Assembly (NCBI GenBank): GCA_963920595.1
Contig: OY986948.1
Location: 3,348,001 to 3,412,000 of the forward strand
Source: Eimeria praecox
Taxonomy: Eukaryota
Direction: 5' to 3'
Length of the DNA: 64,000 nt
Part shown: piece after piece, positions 39,401 to 52,593 of the stretch
Layout of the letters: each line of letters opens with the position of its first letter
Numbering within the stretch: position 1 is the first letter of the stretch
Program-made: the position numbers and the translations under genes
Notes under the pieces: model-generated
The model's input: the letters and a program-made list of their open reading frames with translations, nothing else
Told to the model about the DNA's origin: nothing
Database searches by the model: none

Positions 39401-40997
39401 CCATTCCCTTTTGGGGCCGCAAACTTCGACTTTGACAGTGCGGTGCACTGTTTTTAGACCCACCTTGCTAATTCGTTTTTTCTAGACGCAGAATAGATAT
39501 CGCATGCCCCAGCCACATCGCAGTTTAAAAGCTCTCGAGCAGTGGTTGCAGGCCCCACAGCCCTAGTGTCCAAGCGTTTACTGTAGTGCGCTTGCAGAAA
39601 CAAAATGAGCGTACGGAAGGTCCAGGATGTCTGTGCATGGGATCTTTGCGCACACTGTTTTCTGCGCCCCTTCATTTTGCATCTGCCGGCTGTGCGAAGT
39701 GAAAGGACCGTTGGCTCACTGAAGGCATGAATCAAGTGAACGGCAAGCATAGCAGGTGGAGGGTAGCACAACCTGCTCGTAATTCCTGGAAAAGACGCTC
39801 TCATGTTTACGCTAACTCAGCATGCTTCACCTTTTGACACTTTTCATGCGAGTTGGGGCAAGCGACCAAGGCAGCTTGGCCGTGCAGTCTCTTAGAGACA
39901 GACGAAGGCTCTAGCTTGTAACCGCAGTACGTTTGTGCATTTGTGTCAGGAACGCCGCACCAGCCATACAGTTTAAATTGCAGCTGCAACCCGAATCCCT
40001 ATCCCCAGTTCTGAAAGTCAATCCAGCTACGCTGTCGACGCACGGCTTGCCTGGCCGATGCAGTCGAAGCATCGTTCTGGCTTCTCGGCTTGAAGAGACT
40101 CGCAAAAAAACGTCCGTTGCGGACTCAAATTCGTCGTATGTGATTGCACATGGCTTTTGAGATAGATCGTAATAGCATTTGCGCTTAAGCTAATTGGTGT
40201 TGTTGCCCATGTTGAGTTGTAGCGCCAATTGCTGTTGGTGGCTGCCTTTTTTTATTCATGTACATGTGCTGCAACCAGGTCATATGAATGTGCTCCTGAG
40301 CTGCAGAATCCTTAGGAGATTACAGGGACAAACGATGTGCTCACATCCCAATTTTAGCAAGGAGCCGCAGCTAAGCCTACGCGAAAAGCCACCTACAGCA
40401 ATGCAGAGCTATTGGTGCAGGCAGGCTCCGGGCCACCAAGGGTGAGGGCAAATTCACGTGATTGGTTGGGATCGCCTACTCCATGGAGACCCAACGTGTC
40501 TTGAAAATGCCAACTCTCTGATCCTGCGAATTTCACAGGCAGGCTCGGCGCCAGGGAATATTAGCAGTGGGCACGGGTTGAGCAAGGAGCGCTGCTCCAT
40601 GGCGTACTGTTAGCTGCCGTCAGTATTTTCATCATGGAGTGGCTTTGTAGGAGTTGTTCCGCTGATATTCATTTAGATTTGTGCATGGTTCCTTTGAGGA
40701 TCCGCTCATCTGTGCAGGGAAGCTTTGCAGCCTCCAGGGGTCAGCCAAGTCTAGAAACACTGTGATGCAGTACTCTCATTGTGCAAGACTCCACGTATCC
40801 ACTATTTCCCAGCAATGCATCTAACTTTATGACAGGTACTGTATCACGTCAGGAACAGGTGAAGCGCCGTGGAGTGCAGGATGAACCTAGCTTGGTTCGT
40901 TGAACTGCCGGCTCAAGAGGATGCAGATAAAGACGCCAGACCTCAGAAGGCTTGAACAGGCCGCCACGCACCCACTGCTACTAGAGCGAGTTGTGTT

Positions 40998-43900
40998 TTA
41001 CCGTTGTGCCGTTGTAAGTGCCTGGCACCGGATGATGGGAGTGAGAGTGCCTTTGGCAGAGCACAAGCTGCACATGCCACTTCGTAAGAGCGGCGTGTGC
41101 GCTGGTGGGTGAATAAACAAGTGGGAGCACGCGCCGCAAGTCATCAGTGTTTGCGGATATTGCACTGCAACTCCCGCTGCTCTGGGAGCACCATATAGTG
41201 CTTGTTCGGCTTCTGCATGAGGCAGCCGAAGCAACCGTAGGGTGCGGCAGCCCGAGGTGCCTTCGAGGTGAGTGTTCATGCGCCTCAAAACTTTTTCGTG
41301 GGGTTGCTGAAGCAAGGCATCTGGACTTAATACAGGAGGCTTAAACTCGAGAGGGCCAAAAGAATGTTCTTTGCTGTAGGAAGCCCCTGCATGCAGATGC
41401 AGCAGGCCCCCCCGAGCAGCTCCCAGGAACTGCTCATCTGGAATTATGTCTTCAGCAGGTAACGACGAAGCATTCGCGAAATGTTCCTGTGTGGACCCTG
41501 AGATGTCACTCATGGTGAACTCAACTGCTGTAATTGGCGAGAATGAACCGAACTCCAGCGTAACGGGGCTTCCACAGCTTCCACAGCACAAGTCGGCACC
41601 TAGTGGCACGGCTTCAGAGGTCAACAGAGGCACATTAACCCCACACAAGCCACAGTCAGCCTTCGTAAATGCTCCACAAGGACCGTGAAAATTGCCGTCG
41701 GCCAAAGTAGACACTTGAGCTGCTTTCACCTTCAGCTCCAGCTCCGCTCTTTCCTGGTATTCAGGGCCTTTCAGTGCAAGGCGCCGGAGCTCCTTGCAGA
41801 CTGCCACTGCTGTCTGCAAGCACATGGTGCAAGCTCATCGGCTCCATAATACCAATAGGCTCGCATATGAGAAATTTCAAGCCCTCGTGTCCTTGTTCTA
41901 TTATTACAATTGTTCTGAGTGGGAAGCGGCGTGATATTCGCGCTTTGTTTCTGAGAGTTAGTAAATGACGAAATAGCCCTACGTGGAGGCAAACAATGCT
42001 GCTTAGTCACAAACCTGGAAGTCGTGCAGTTGGAGTGCCGCATCTGCCATCAGGCGCAGGACAAGAAAGGACCGTATGCCTTTTACTCGTCGATGGACGC
42101 GGATTCCACAGAGCCGCAGATGCGTCTGCACTTCGGCAGCTTCAAGCGCATCCTGAGCATCATCCCACCAATGCGGCAGTCGCCAATTCGGTAGAGTCCC
42201 CAAACTTGATCCTGGTTGCTTGACTTGCAACTGTTGTTGCAGGTTACCAACTAGGGAGGCAGAGTCGCTGCCGTTCACTGCCGCAACAAGTTTGGGATAC
42301 ACGGCCTGCCCTAGAGGTGCCAGTGCATGTGACCATAGGAACGCACATGCTCTTAGGACTGCAAGAGGTGGCATCGCAGCCCTCGGTGGCACAGATGATG
42401 CCTGGCGCACTAGCACAAAGTAAACCCCATATATCTCGGAGAGACGCCGGAAGTAGCAGACGAGGAATCGACAAACACACAGCGGCATCTTCCTGGTGGA
42501 ATTTTTTCTGAGTGACTGATGAGGCGTGACTGCTTCATCACAAGCATTCACACCCGCTGGGTGGCTTCCCTCCACTCCAACAAAAGTTGCCAAATTAGCC
42601 AGAGCCCTGGCTATGGCCCAGCTCCGACCCGCTGCTTGGGCATAGAACTCCTGCGAGATCGCGCCTTCGAGCAGGGTGATCTCCGTCTTTAAAGCTAGAT
42701 CTTCTCTTCCTGCCCGCCGGAAGGCACTGATAGCTAACTCAGGCTGATCGCGTCGAAAAAGCTCGTGACCCCATGGAACAAGCACATGATGCAGGATATC
42801 TGGGTCCTGCATCATCCCGTGTGAATAATCACATAGAGAGAGCAAAGCAGTAGCAGACGTTAGGAAGCTCTCTATAAACTGCCTAATCGAGGGACTGAAA
42901 GATTATGGGGTCCTACGGGCACTTGCTGGTGCCTACATATTGTGGGCCGCCAGCTGACGGAGTCTTGCTCACTTGTTCTGCTCGAGAGAGGGCTTCTTCC
43001 CACCGTCCAGCCCGCATGAGAACATTTAGGAATCCCACTTTGTCTCCAAGGATAAGGAAGGCCTCCTTGGCGAAGTTGACGTGGCCGCGTTTTTCAAAAG
43101 CATGAGCGGCGCAGCGTAGAGCTTCGAAAGCTTCACAATCTTCAAATGATTCCTTCTCACCCCTCAGCAGCGGCTGAGGCCCTTCCAGGTTTTTCTCTCT
43201 TTGCTCTTGGCCTGATGCTGCTGCTTCGTGAGCTCTACAGCTTCTGATTAGTTCGATCAGGCTGTGCGTCTCCCCCATCTTTGCTTGGGCTTGGCAAGCT
43301 CGCCGTAGTTGCCCCGTAGCAGCGTAAAGTGCTGCAGCTTCGCTGTACTCTTGTTCCAGAGCTGGCTTGTTTTGTTTTATCTGCGAACACTTGCGAAAAC
43401 ATATACCGGATGTTGCAGATCTGTGTAGAGGAGATGCTCTATAGATACAATGGCCTGCTGGTGCGAAACAGAGTGTTCAATTATCAGGAGCTTTGCAATG
43501 GAAACCTTTACGCCACCTGTTCTGCGGTGGATATTTGCTGCTTCCCAGTCCCCTGTTCGCTGCCTTCTGGCTTCTCTCCCATCAAAGACAGATTTTTTGC
43601 TGTCTTCGCGGTTGACCCTGAGGGTGAGACGGTTTCCTGAGTTTGTTCAGCGATCTTAGCCCAACGCCCTGCTTCCGTCCACCTGAAATTCGGGGCATCG
43701 CACCCAATGTAAGGATGGCCATCGCAGGTCAATAGATCCGGGAAAGGGAACCCTGTGTTGCACTAAAGACATATTCCACGCGTACCTGCGTAAGTCAGAA
43801 AACATTTCAGAGGCACGCTGAGGCAGGCCGGCAGCCGCCCACTCTTCTGCTGCGCTTGTGAAGTTGTGGATGTAGGAGTAAGCATAGGCTTTGCAAACGT

Positions 43901-46900
43901 GCTGGTGCTGAGTTGGGCTCACGTCCAACAATTTAAGCTCTAATTGCATGTAATTCAACATAGATATAGCCCTGAAGTCCTTTTGATGTTGAAATGATTT
44001 GCGCGAAAGGCGTAGGTCGCCACTCCGCAAGCATTCGAGCGCCAGCTGATTCCAGTCGTGGCGAGTTGCCCCCAGACACGCAAGCGAATATGCTTTTTCA
44101 AGTTGCCCTTTCCTCATAAGCTGCCTTATGGAGGCTGTGTGATTAACTTTTAGCCTCAGCATTTCTCGGCAATGCAGGCAAAATGCGTACGACCCCAAGA
44201 ATCCAACAACGATGCCCTGACAAAATTGTTGCTGAGGCGCCAATGATCCTATGTACAAATTGTAGCGCAGTCCAGCACACGGACCGAACAGGATGCGCTC
44301 TCTAACTCGGCAGCTAACCAGCATGAGTCAGCGCACCCGCAGTGCCACCGGCACTGCCTTCTGCTTGCCTGTCTTTATAAAAAGAGTTCTGCTGCCGGTG
44401 ATCGCTAGCAAGTCGTCCATGGATGCATGCCAGGCAACGGAAGTACAGTCTTGCTGTGAATACGACCGGTTTTTACTGGGAAGGTCGTAAATGGAGAGTT
44501 CTCTTTCCTCATCTATGATTGCAAGCCTGCTGCGCTCGGCTGACACGTCCATGCAAACGATTCCAACACGATGATGCAAAAGAGGCACTGGAAGGTCCTG
44601 GTGTACGTAAACGTAGAGTGCCTCTCCATTTTTAAGACCAACCAACAGCGTCTCTGCCCCAGGTGGGCCTCCAAGAACTCTTATATAACGAATGGAAGCC
44701 CGTAGCGTCCACTGCCTCTGCGAACTCCCTGAGGGAATGAGATCAAAATCGCAGGAAGTTTGTCTCGCAAATACCTTTAGTCATGCATCAGTGCAGGAGG
44801 TAATGCATATAGAGACAATTAGTGCCTCTCAATCACCCTGCTCGACTCTGTAATGGAAGCTGCAAGCCCGAAAGCCTGCAGTGCATGAACCTTCGGCAGT
44901 GCAGGCAGGCGTCTGCCTGTCTTGCGCATGTGTTGCAGCCTACCATCAAATTCTTGAAGTTTTAGAGTGTTGCCTCTACAGAGGACGACAGACTTTGCCG
45001 TCAGAAGCATCAGCGAACAGTCAAATGATCCTGTCAGGCGGCGGGCTTCACGGTACTCAATAATGCCGGAGCCTTCCCAGGAAACCTCTGATATTACAAC
45101 GCACTCCCTCAACTGGACGGCTATTAGGAGTTTATATACTGCTATCTTGTAAACGAGCTCATCAAACCTGCGAATAAGTCCAGAGGAAGGCAAGAGTCTC
45201 ATCTGTTAATATGTGTTGAGTGCCATCATATACTGGCCTTCTATGAAGCAGACACAGTCCGTCAAATACACTCCTACAGCGAAATCAACTTCGAACATTC
45301 AGCTTGTCCATTTGCATTAGCTTGCGATGGCAACTATGATGTAAACGGGTTTCTACTTTGTGCGTTCTGTGTGAACGCAAAAACAAACACACAAATAGCC
45401 GCCCAATGGAGTGCCTGGCGCATCTTTACGCAACGCGCCTGCACCCCAAGCAAGAATAACGTGGTCCTTTTGCGTACTGAATCGTAGTCGTCATGTCTGT
45501 AAGTAAGTTGCGAACAGTAACCTCGCAAAGAGCTGTCCGACGAGCATACACTTCGCGATAAAGTCCATGAACTACAGGTAGCCTCAGCTGTGCAATCCCC
45601 AGATCTCCCTGCCGCGTGGTAAAGGCAATCCGCAGTCCCGATGGGAGAAAGCAGCAGGCCGTCACCTCTGGCTTCTCAGCAGAAAAATCTAGAGGCTGCA
45701 GACATATGCCCATGTAGCTCCACAACGAGAGGCCACCGTCCACGCCTACCAAAACAAAGAACTCGCCTGCATTATGCATGCGCACAGAGTATACTGCTCG
45801 TACTCTATTTTGCATGTGTGCGGTTTCAGGTTTAACCCACAGCTTTCCTAAGCTATACGTATTTGCAAGTGTATAAAACCAGCCCGTGGAGTCCTGCGTG
45901 ACCTGTTCTTTGCTCTGCCATAGGCTTTGTGCGAGATGCACCAAGCATTTATTCAGAAGCGTAACTGTATGTTGAAAGCGGCGGTGACAGACTGAATATT
46001 TCAATTCACTGCGTAGACAATATAACTACGAAAAGGTAAGGCTGGATACATCTCTACCTGGTTTAGCAAGCTGCCAGGGAAAAGAGCACGCAAGTGAAAC
46101 ACACCTTTGGGAGCAAACCCAACGTAAAGCGGGTCGTACATGAGCTGTGCGGATCTTAATACGGTTTTCGCAGCAGCATCGAACAGCCAAACTCTCGGCT
46201 CGAACGTGCACGCTACGAGTATGCTGCTTTCCCCTGCTGCCTTTTTAGCATTGCTTGGCCGCCAACACAACGCCCACACGGGGGCATCCAACTGGTGAGT
46301 CCATAACTTTGAACCTTCGTTCTCATAGACCACCAGTAATCCGTTATACTGACCTAGCGCGCAACGCAGCTGTCTGATGGCAAGCATCAATGTGTACAAT
46401 TCAAGGCTAGATTGTCGAACTGCTGACAACGACAAGTCAGTCACGGGTACTAGCATGTCAATAGAGTAGTAGCTTCATTCTTATCCGGTTCAGCGTATCA
46501 CTCTACTCCTTCCTGACCTGCAGCAAGACGTCGGCCTTCGTCATCCCACGACAGAGTGCAAATACGGGAACTTATTTTGATTCTCTCGCACCGCTGAAGG
46601 GCGGAGGGAGTTTGATTTGACTTGAAGTCACTGCCGCCACTGCCCAACCCCAAGGTGGCGGCAATCGCATTGCTGAGACTACTGGATGCGCTGCCCCAAT
46701 TCCTGCTACTGCTTCGATTGCTATAACTCATCCAAGATTTAGAGCCAAGTAAGCTAGGCCTGCTTCCTGGCCGACTAGCTTGCTCTTCACCTAATCCTTT
46801 AGAGCCATCATCATGCCAGAAGCTAAGCTCGTCTGTTGTGCCAATGGCGAGCACCAGCGTTCGAGGGTTGAACGCTAGGGCCTGCACGCTTCCTGAGTGC

Positions 46901-47380
46901 GTGAAATGCGTTAAGATTTCTCCCATTGAAGTCCACACTATGACTTGCCTGTCAGCCCCTCCTAAAAATGCATAGTGGGTCAACAGGGAGAACAACAGGG
47001 CGCAAGCTTAATACTGGCCGGCAGCTATGTGATAGTTAAGGGCACACGGAAGGCGAACGCCATGCAGTCCGATCATCAGCTTGTAGTTTCAGAAGGGCTT
47101 TATTACCGTGAGCCCGTAAGGCCACCCACGAGCAGATGCGGCTGTCCTAACCTGAAGCAAATTGTTCTCCACTGGAAGCGTATGCGACGGCATTCACATT
47201 TCCCTTATGACCAGCAAGCGTCTGCAGCGTGTCTCCCGTCTCAGCGTCGACAAGAAGCACACAACACCCTACGCCTAGAACAAGGCGAGAGGCGTCAGGG
47301 CTGCACGCGACATTCCACAGCGTGATACTCGCATCGTCTCCTCTAGCGGCCCGTTGCCGCCATAAGAGACTTCCCTCCAT
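40998..47380 (-). CDS. IFT122: Intraflagellar transport protein 122 (IFT-A; WD40, TPR-like and C-terminal Zn-ribbon); multi-exon
   Basis: LLVDAETGDTLQTLAGHKGNVNAVAYASSGEQFASG/GADRQVIVW, VHGLYREVYARR, LVYKIAVYK, VGLKNG, AYSLACLGATRHDWNQLA and C-terminal CGAC...CSLC are IFT122 hallmarks and occur in order. Confidence 0.92.
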
Positions 47381-49004
47381 TACTCCTTCTACGCGCTTGA
47401 AGGATTATGCGGGCGGAAATCAGAACAACTGGTGCAGGTTCTCTGTCTGCAGGAGCGTAGCGCAAGAAGATGGCCCCTATATCAAAGTGACCAATTCTTG
47501 GCCTCCAAGGCAGAGCGTGCCGAATAGTACACCGGTGTGCACTAACCGCCACTTCAACGAAACAACAGGACTGATGTACATATCTCCTATCCGCACCATA
47601 TATAGATGCATAAGATGCCAGTCACTACTTCTGTCCTCAGAAGGATGCTTCTGCCGTCCGGTCAAAACGAGGGTCAATCGCACAAGAGCCAATAGCCCAT
47701 TGCGTCGCTCTACTGGCGGCAATGGCACAGCTTGCCGACAGTCACACAGTTTGTTGGCTAAGCTAGCACTAATAATCTGGATACGGGGTTCCTCAGGTTG
47801 CATGTGTGATTGAGTGGTCTACCGAACTAGAAATCGTTCAAATCTCCGAGAGCAGATGACGATATGGCTGCCCTTGCGCACACTCCAGCGCCAGAAACGC
47901 CGCATTGCAAAGTGCTTATCATTCTCCCTTCGCGACAGGTAAGACAAACAATGAAGCGCTGCATGTATTTTCGACGATGAAAACCGGTGACAACGCCTCC
48001 TGCAGTGACAGGTACCGCCTATTTCCTATGCATTGCACATCAGCCGATTGCAGGCACTTCCTTGTAGTACACCGTAGCATGCATAGCAACTATAACTAAC
48101 AAGCTCGAAAGCGCGGGCCCATATATTAGGTGTACGCTGCAGTGCTCAGTCAAGCTGTCAGGAGATCATTCTCCTGAAGGTCGCTTGCGGGTTTTCACCG
48201 CGTCGCAAATGTTGCCTCTTTCGCTTTAAGGGGGAAGGGATCTGCCACATCAGCAAGCGGGCAGTAAAGGAGCTGTTTTAGGCTTTCTAATTTCTGTTCT
48301 TCGTCACATGGTTGATTAGTAATGCTTCCACATCAGTTGTTGAGCACTGCTTGACTCACAACGGGCTACCCAGCAGTGCAAGGCGCCGCGCGCTGCATGT
48401 GCCACCTGCGGGGCTGACATCTGGTCGAACTAATTTACATAAGATGAAGTAATATGTTTGTGTAGTATTTACCAAAGCAGTAGCAGGGAAAGCAAGAGAA
48501 ACGACAGCCTGGGAAGCCTTCGTGTTCAGGTTTGTTTCCGCCTGTAGCGCTCGCCGCAACTGCGTTAGCTGTCAGGCAGTATTTCGTTTCACCCGCCTTT
48601 ACTTATTTCTCACGTTCTGTTGTATATCCCAATATTTACACTTGCGGCTTGTCCAGGAGAAGTACCTGGCTGCTTGCCTGGAAGCGTTTCAGCCCAGTGC
48701 GTCTTGGCCCGACCGAAGACCTGTTTGGGTTGGAGCGCGGGCAAGTTCCGTGTCTGCATCTGTCAACCCTGGCACGGCATTGCTTTGTCGTAGTCCACGG
48801 TATGAGAGGCACTACAGTGGGATGTAGGAAATTCCCATTCAGCTCACGCCCCCCCGAGACAGCCCGTTGAATTGATAGTCGGCGGCCGTCCAACCGGGGT
48901 ATGCTTCGGTTGAAGCGCCTCACCAGTGCCATCTCCGACAGTCGTTCACAGAGGGGCGGAGAGCAAGCCAAGACGTCCTAACGAAGCCTTCGGGTTCCTA
49001 AGCA

Positions 49005-50221
49005 ATGGCGGGGGAGAAAGTGCGCGTCAAATGGGTGGTTAACTGCGCAGGGGAGCCGGTGACATTCACCGGTAAGGAAACACCCCCCATACTTGTTCCA
49101 GCAAAGGCAGTTCACTTTCGTCACGTAAGTACACAGAGCTTACACAGTGCGAGATCTGGGAGGTCCGAGAGCAAAAGAAATACCTCGGTGTACGGTGCAT
49201 TGGGAGGCCTGACTTGACTTGTCCCGTTGTCCAGCGAATGGCTCTTCAGAATCCTTGTTGGATGCAAACTCCACCATCCGGGAGGTGAAAAATAGCGTCT
49301 TTGCACAAGAAATCGCCAGAGGTACACACAAAGAGATCTAGCAGGAGCACAACGATTCCCCCCTTGCCTGCTTGTTTCGTTCCGCTGCGCATAACGGTTT
49401 ACTTTTTTTGTGCGAGGAGCTGGACATCACGTGTGACGGTCTTGATATGCTTCAGGTCTCAGCGTGCGCGTGATCTTCTTGGGTCGAGAGTTGGCGGACA
49501 ACGATACACTCGCTTCTCACCTTCGTGTGCCCGCGCGAGCAGCTGCAGCGGGCACCTGTGCAACTTCATCTTCACCAGATGCTGACAATGCCACAGGAGT
49601 TACTCTCCATGCAGTCCTTTCAAACCGTCCACCAAACACCAGGGGAAGTGGACCAGGTGGATGCAGCAACGCCGGTGGGTTAAGGGATGTGTATGGTTTT
49701 GCCCCTTCACCTGTGAGAGTGGCGGCGGCTTCTGGTGACTCGACGTGGGAATATACTGGCCATCGCGTTGGTTCTTCATTTGTAGCAGTGTTTGAGTGAC
49801 TTGTTCGTTTACGCACGAACAGGCCACTCAAACACTGCTACAAATTAAGAACCAACACACTTTGCGTTTGTATGAGGTAAACGCACAGGTAATGGTTTCG
49901 TTACTTTGCCTTGCTGGTTCCGCAGGTGGAGGGAATACGGAAAGTGGCGACTGGTCCGTTGTCGTGCTCGGTGTGACAGTGTTTGCCATCCTGTGCGTTT
50001 GTTGGTACCACCGCCTCGCCTTTCCTGAAGATTTCACTCCGTTCTCGTCCCTGTTGCTAGTCCTCTTCACTGGTTTTTTTGCGTTTACTATTCGTGGCGT
50101 AGTCGTTCGTCTCCTCAAGCTCGCCTACGGCTGCCTGCGTCGTCCGTGGGGGGGTACTGACACAGCACAGGCAGCAAGATCAGACGCCTCAGCACCGGTG
50201 CTTCAGGAGATTCCGTCCTGA
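49005..50221 (+). CDS. Ubiquitin-like domain plus two C-terminal TM helices (TMUB1/2-like); about 4 exons
   Basis: TIREVKNSVF...VRVIFLGRELADNDTLASH...TLHAVLS forms a Ubl. VVVLGVTVFAILCVCWYHRLAFPEDFTPFSSLLLVLFTGFFAF resembles the TMUB C-terminal WY...F TM hairpin. Confidence 0.7.
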
Positions 50222-50436
50222 CCCTTAACATGATGCCGAATTGAAGCTGAGAGGAGACCCGCGCAAGAGCCATATATTTGTATTAGAGTTGGGCGACAAG
50301 GCGCACCGCTGCGACTTCAGAAAGTACAAGGCTTTGCGTTGCAGCGGAAGCGGGCAATTTAACGGAGCCATTTGCTGCATGCCGAGTCAGTGTGTGTAAA
50401 AGGATGAACTGGTCGGGAACTTCGTTGCCCAGAGCA

Positions 50437-52593
50437 CTATAATGTGCGTTTAGCGGCGCCCCTGCCTTCGAGCCACGCGTACAGTAGAGTCCCCATATGA
50501 GGCACACCCTTATGATTCGAATTACAGGGATGAACGAGTTCTGGCTCATTGGTGAGCTCTTGGCTAAACCGAGAATGTAGCTGTAAGAGCAGCCGTCGCA
50601 ATGGCTGCAATGCAGCCGTCGCAACGGCTGCAATTGCCAGCAGCGGCTTGTCATCTAACAAAATGATGAGTGGTGGAGTTTCCTGTTGTTCCAAACAGTT
50701 CGGTTTACACTGACACTCCTAGCCTCATTTCGTTTACCGCTAACCACGGTCGCTATCTGACAGAAAGGTCCTTGGTTAAACCGAGCACGCACACGCAGAC
50801 AGCGCGCAACTCGCTGGTGGCCTGTGATGGTGGCTTGTGGCACGGCGGCCAGAACACGTAGTAAACGGACAGGGATTCCCAGCAGGCAGGGGAACGCACG
50901 CTGGGTGAACTCAAGTGCATCATAAAATGAGGTTCTATGGTATGCAGTATAGAGCAAAGAGCCCCGCTTTGGCACGTATGCCGAGCTTAACTCGTTCAGA
51001 ACCAGGCATACTTGTGCACTCGTAAACTGCGGGCTTTGTGGCCCTACGAGAACTCCATACCACGATTGCCACTTGCCCTCGATTTCCGCACAGCAGCACA
51101 CAGCGCACAGCAGAAGCTGAGTTGATCTGCGAGGCACAATCCAGAGCAGCCTCTCGCCAGTCAGGTCACTGATGCCAGTGAAGCTTGCGTTGCCTTCGTA
51201 TGATTGAAGGTGCAAACCCTTCAGTCCCGTTCTGGCGGTGTCCGCAACACGCCGAATGTCGAGGCGCGATTAGGGCCCCGGATGGCACGGCCACGGTGCC
51301 TTTCTGATCGGTATTCACTTCTACAGGACATGAAGCACACCCGCAAAATATAGAAGGAGCTGCAGGTCTCTGCATACACACGGTTGGCATCAAAGCCACT
51401 GAGTGGAGCCTATGACATCCCTTGGCCTTCAGTAATCGCACACTCGCTACACTGCCAAATGTGTCGCAAGCTTGTCTAAATTCCAGCGTAGCATAGCTCA
51501 TTTTTCGCGGTGGCTCACTGAATTGCGTTGACGAGGGCCAGGAACTCATCTAAGCGAGTGTACTTCTCATCTGGGCTGAAGACGTCGAGGGCTTCGACTG
51601 CCAGCGCCTCTGCCTCCTGCCGTGCAAGTATGTCTGCAGGCACAGGGCTTCGGGGACTCTTCTCCTGAATGGTTTCCAGGGAAACCGCCGAAACGAATGC
51701 AGGGCAACTTGCAAATGAATGATCCACGACCCGCGAAGCAGCTTTGAGCAAGTGCTCATGACTGAGAGTGTATTTGAACGCAACAGCACACAAATGCATT
51801 TCCCCCAACAAACTGATTGCCTCGTATCCATCTAGTGCCATGCAAGCATTCGCCAGAGCAGAGAACGTATTGCCCCATGCATGTATCTCTAGCGTATGAT
51901 TAGTTGTGAACCTTCCATGTAAGTATCAGGCTTTAAACTATACTTTTAGGGGGCGCACCGTTTCTGTTCTTTACGATTCCTGTGATAGAATTCCAGAAAC
52001 ATCTTTCGGGTTGGTTCATCTAATTTGGCTTTTGGGTCTGTTGCCGGCGGTTTCACATCCGAGACAACGTGACCTGATTGCTCCGAACAAGGGCCATGTG
52101 GGTTACACTTGCAAGATGCCGAGGACTGCTGCCGAATTTCGCTAGTACCAGCTGAACTGATCGTAGTAGGCAGCCTTAGCGGGCTGCAGCGCCATTGAGC
52201 ATCCTCTGCGTCGATGCGGTCTGGCAGCGAATGCGTCAGTAGCCTACCTCTCGTTCGAAGGCCTGTGTCGCTGCTATTCCCCAAAGTTGTTTCAAAGCTT
52301 CTTGCCTGAGGATTCGGTGCATGCCACAAAGAAGCAGAAAAGCAGCTCTCATTCACCATCCAAGGCAGCGGCGATTCAAGCGGGGCGACTTCACTCAATG
52401 GGCCACTTTCGTCGCTGCTGAGAGGCCCACTGCCAATCGAATCGCAGTCAGAGTCCTCGCAAGGCGAACTACTGGAACTGGAGAAAGGCGGTGGCGCAAC
52501 CCGGTCACGGGGATCTCTGTCCACACTGCCCACGCGCATAAGGAGCCCCCGTGTGGGGGTCCCCGGCGAAGAACGCGAGCATTGGGAGCCCAT
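50437..52593 (-). CDS. Multi-exon hypothetical protein with N-terminal MGSQCS acylation-like motif
   Basis: Same-strand coding-like blocks (52593-~52149, ~51840-51518, ~51325-51170, ~51085-51015, ~50770-50660, ~50580-50437) are bounded by plausible GT/AG sites. No recognised domain. Confidence 0.55.
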
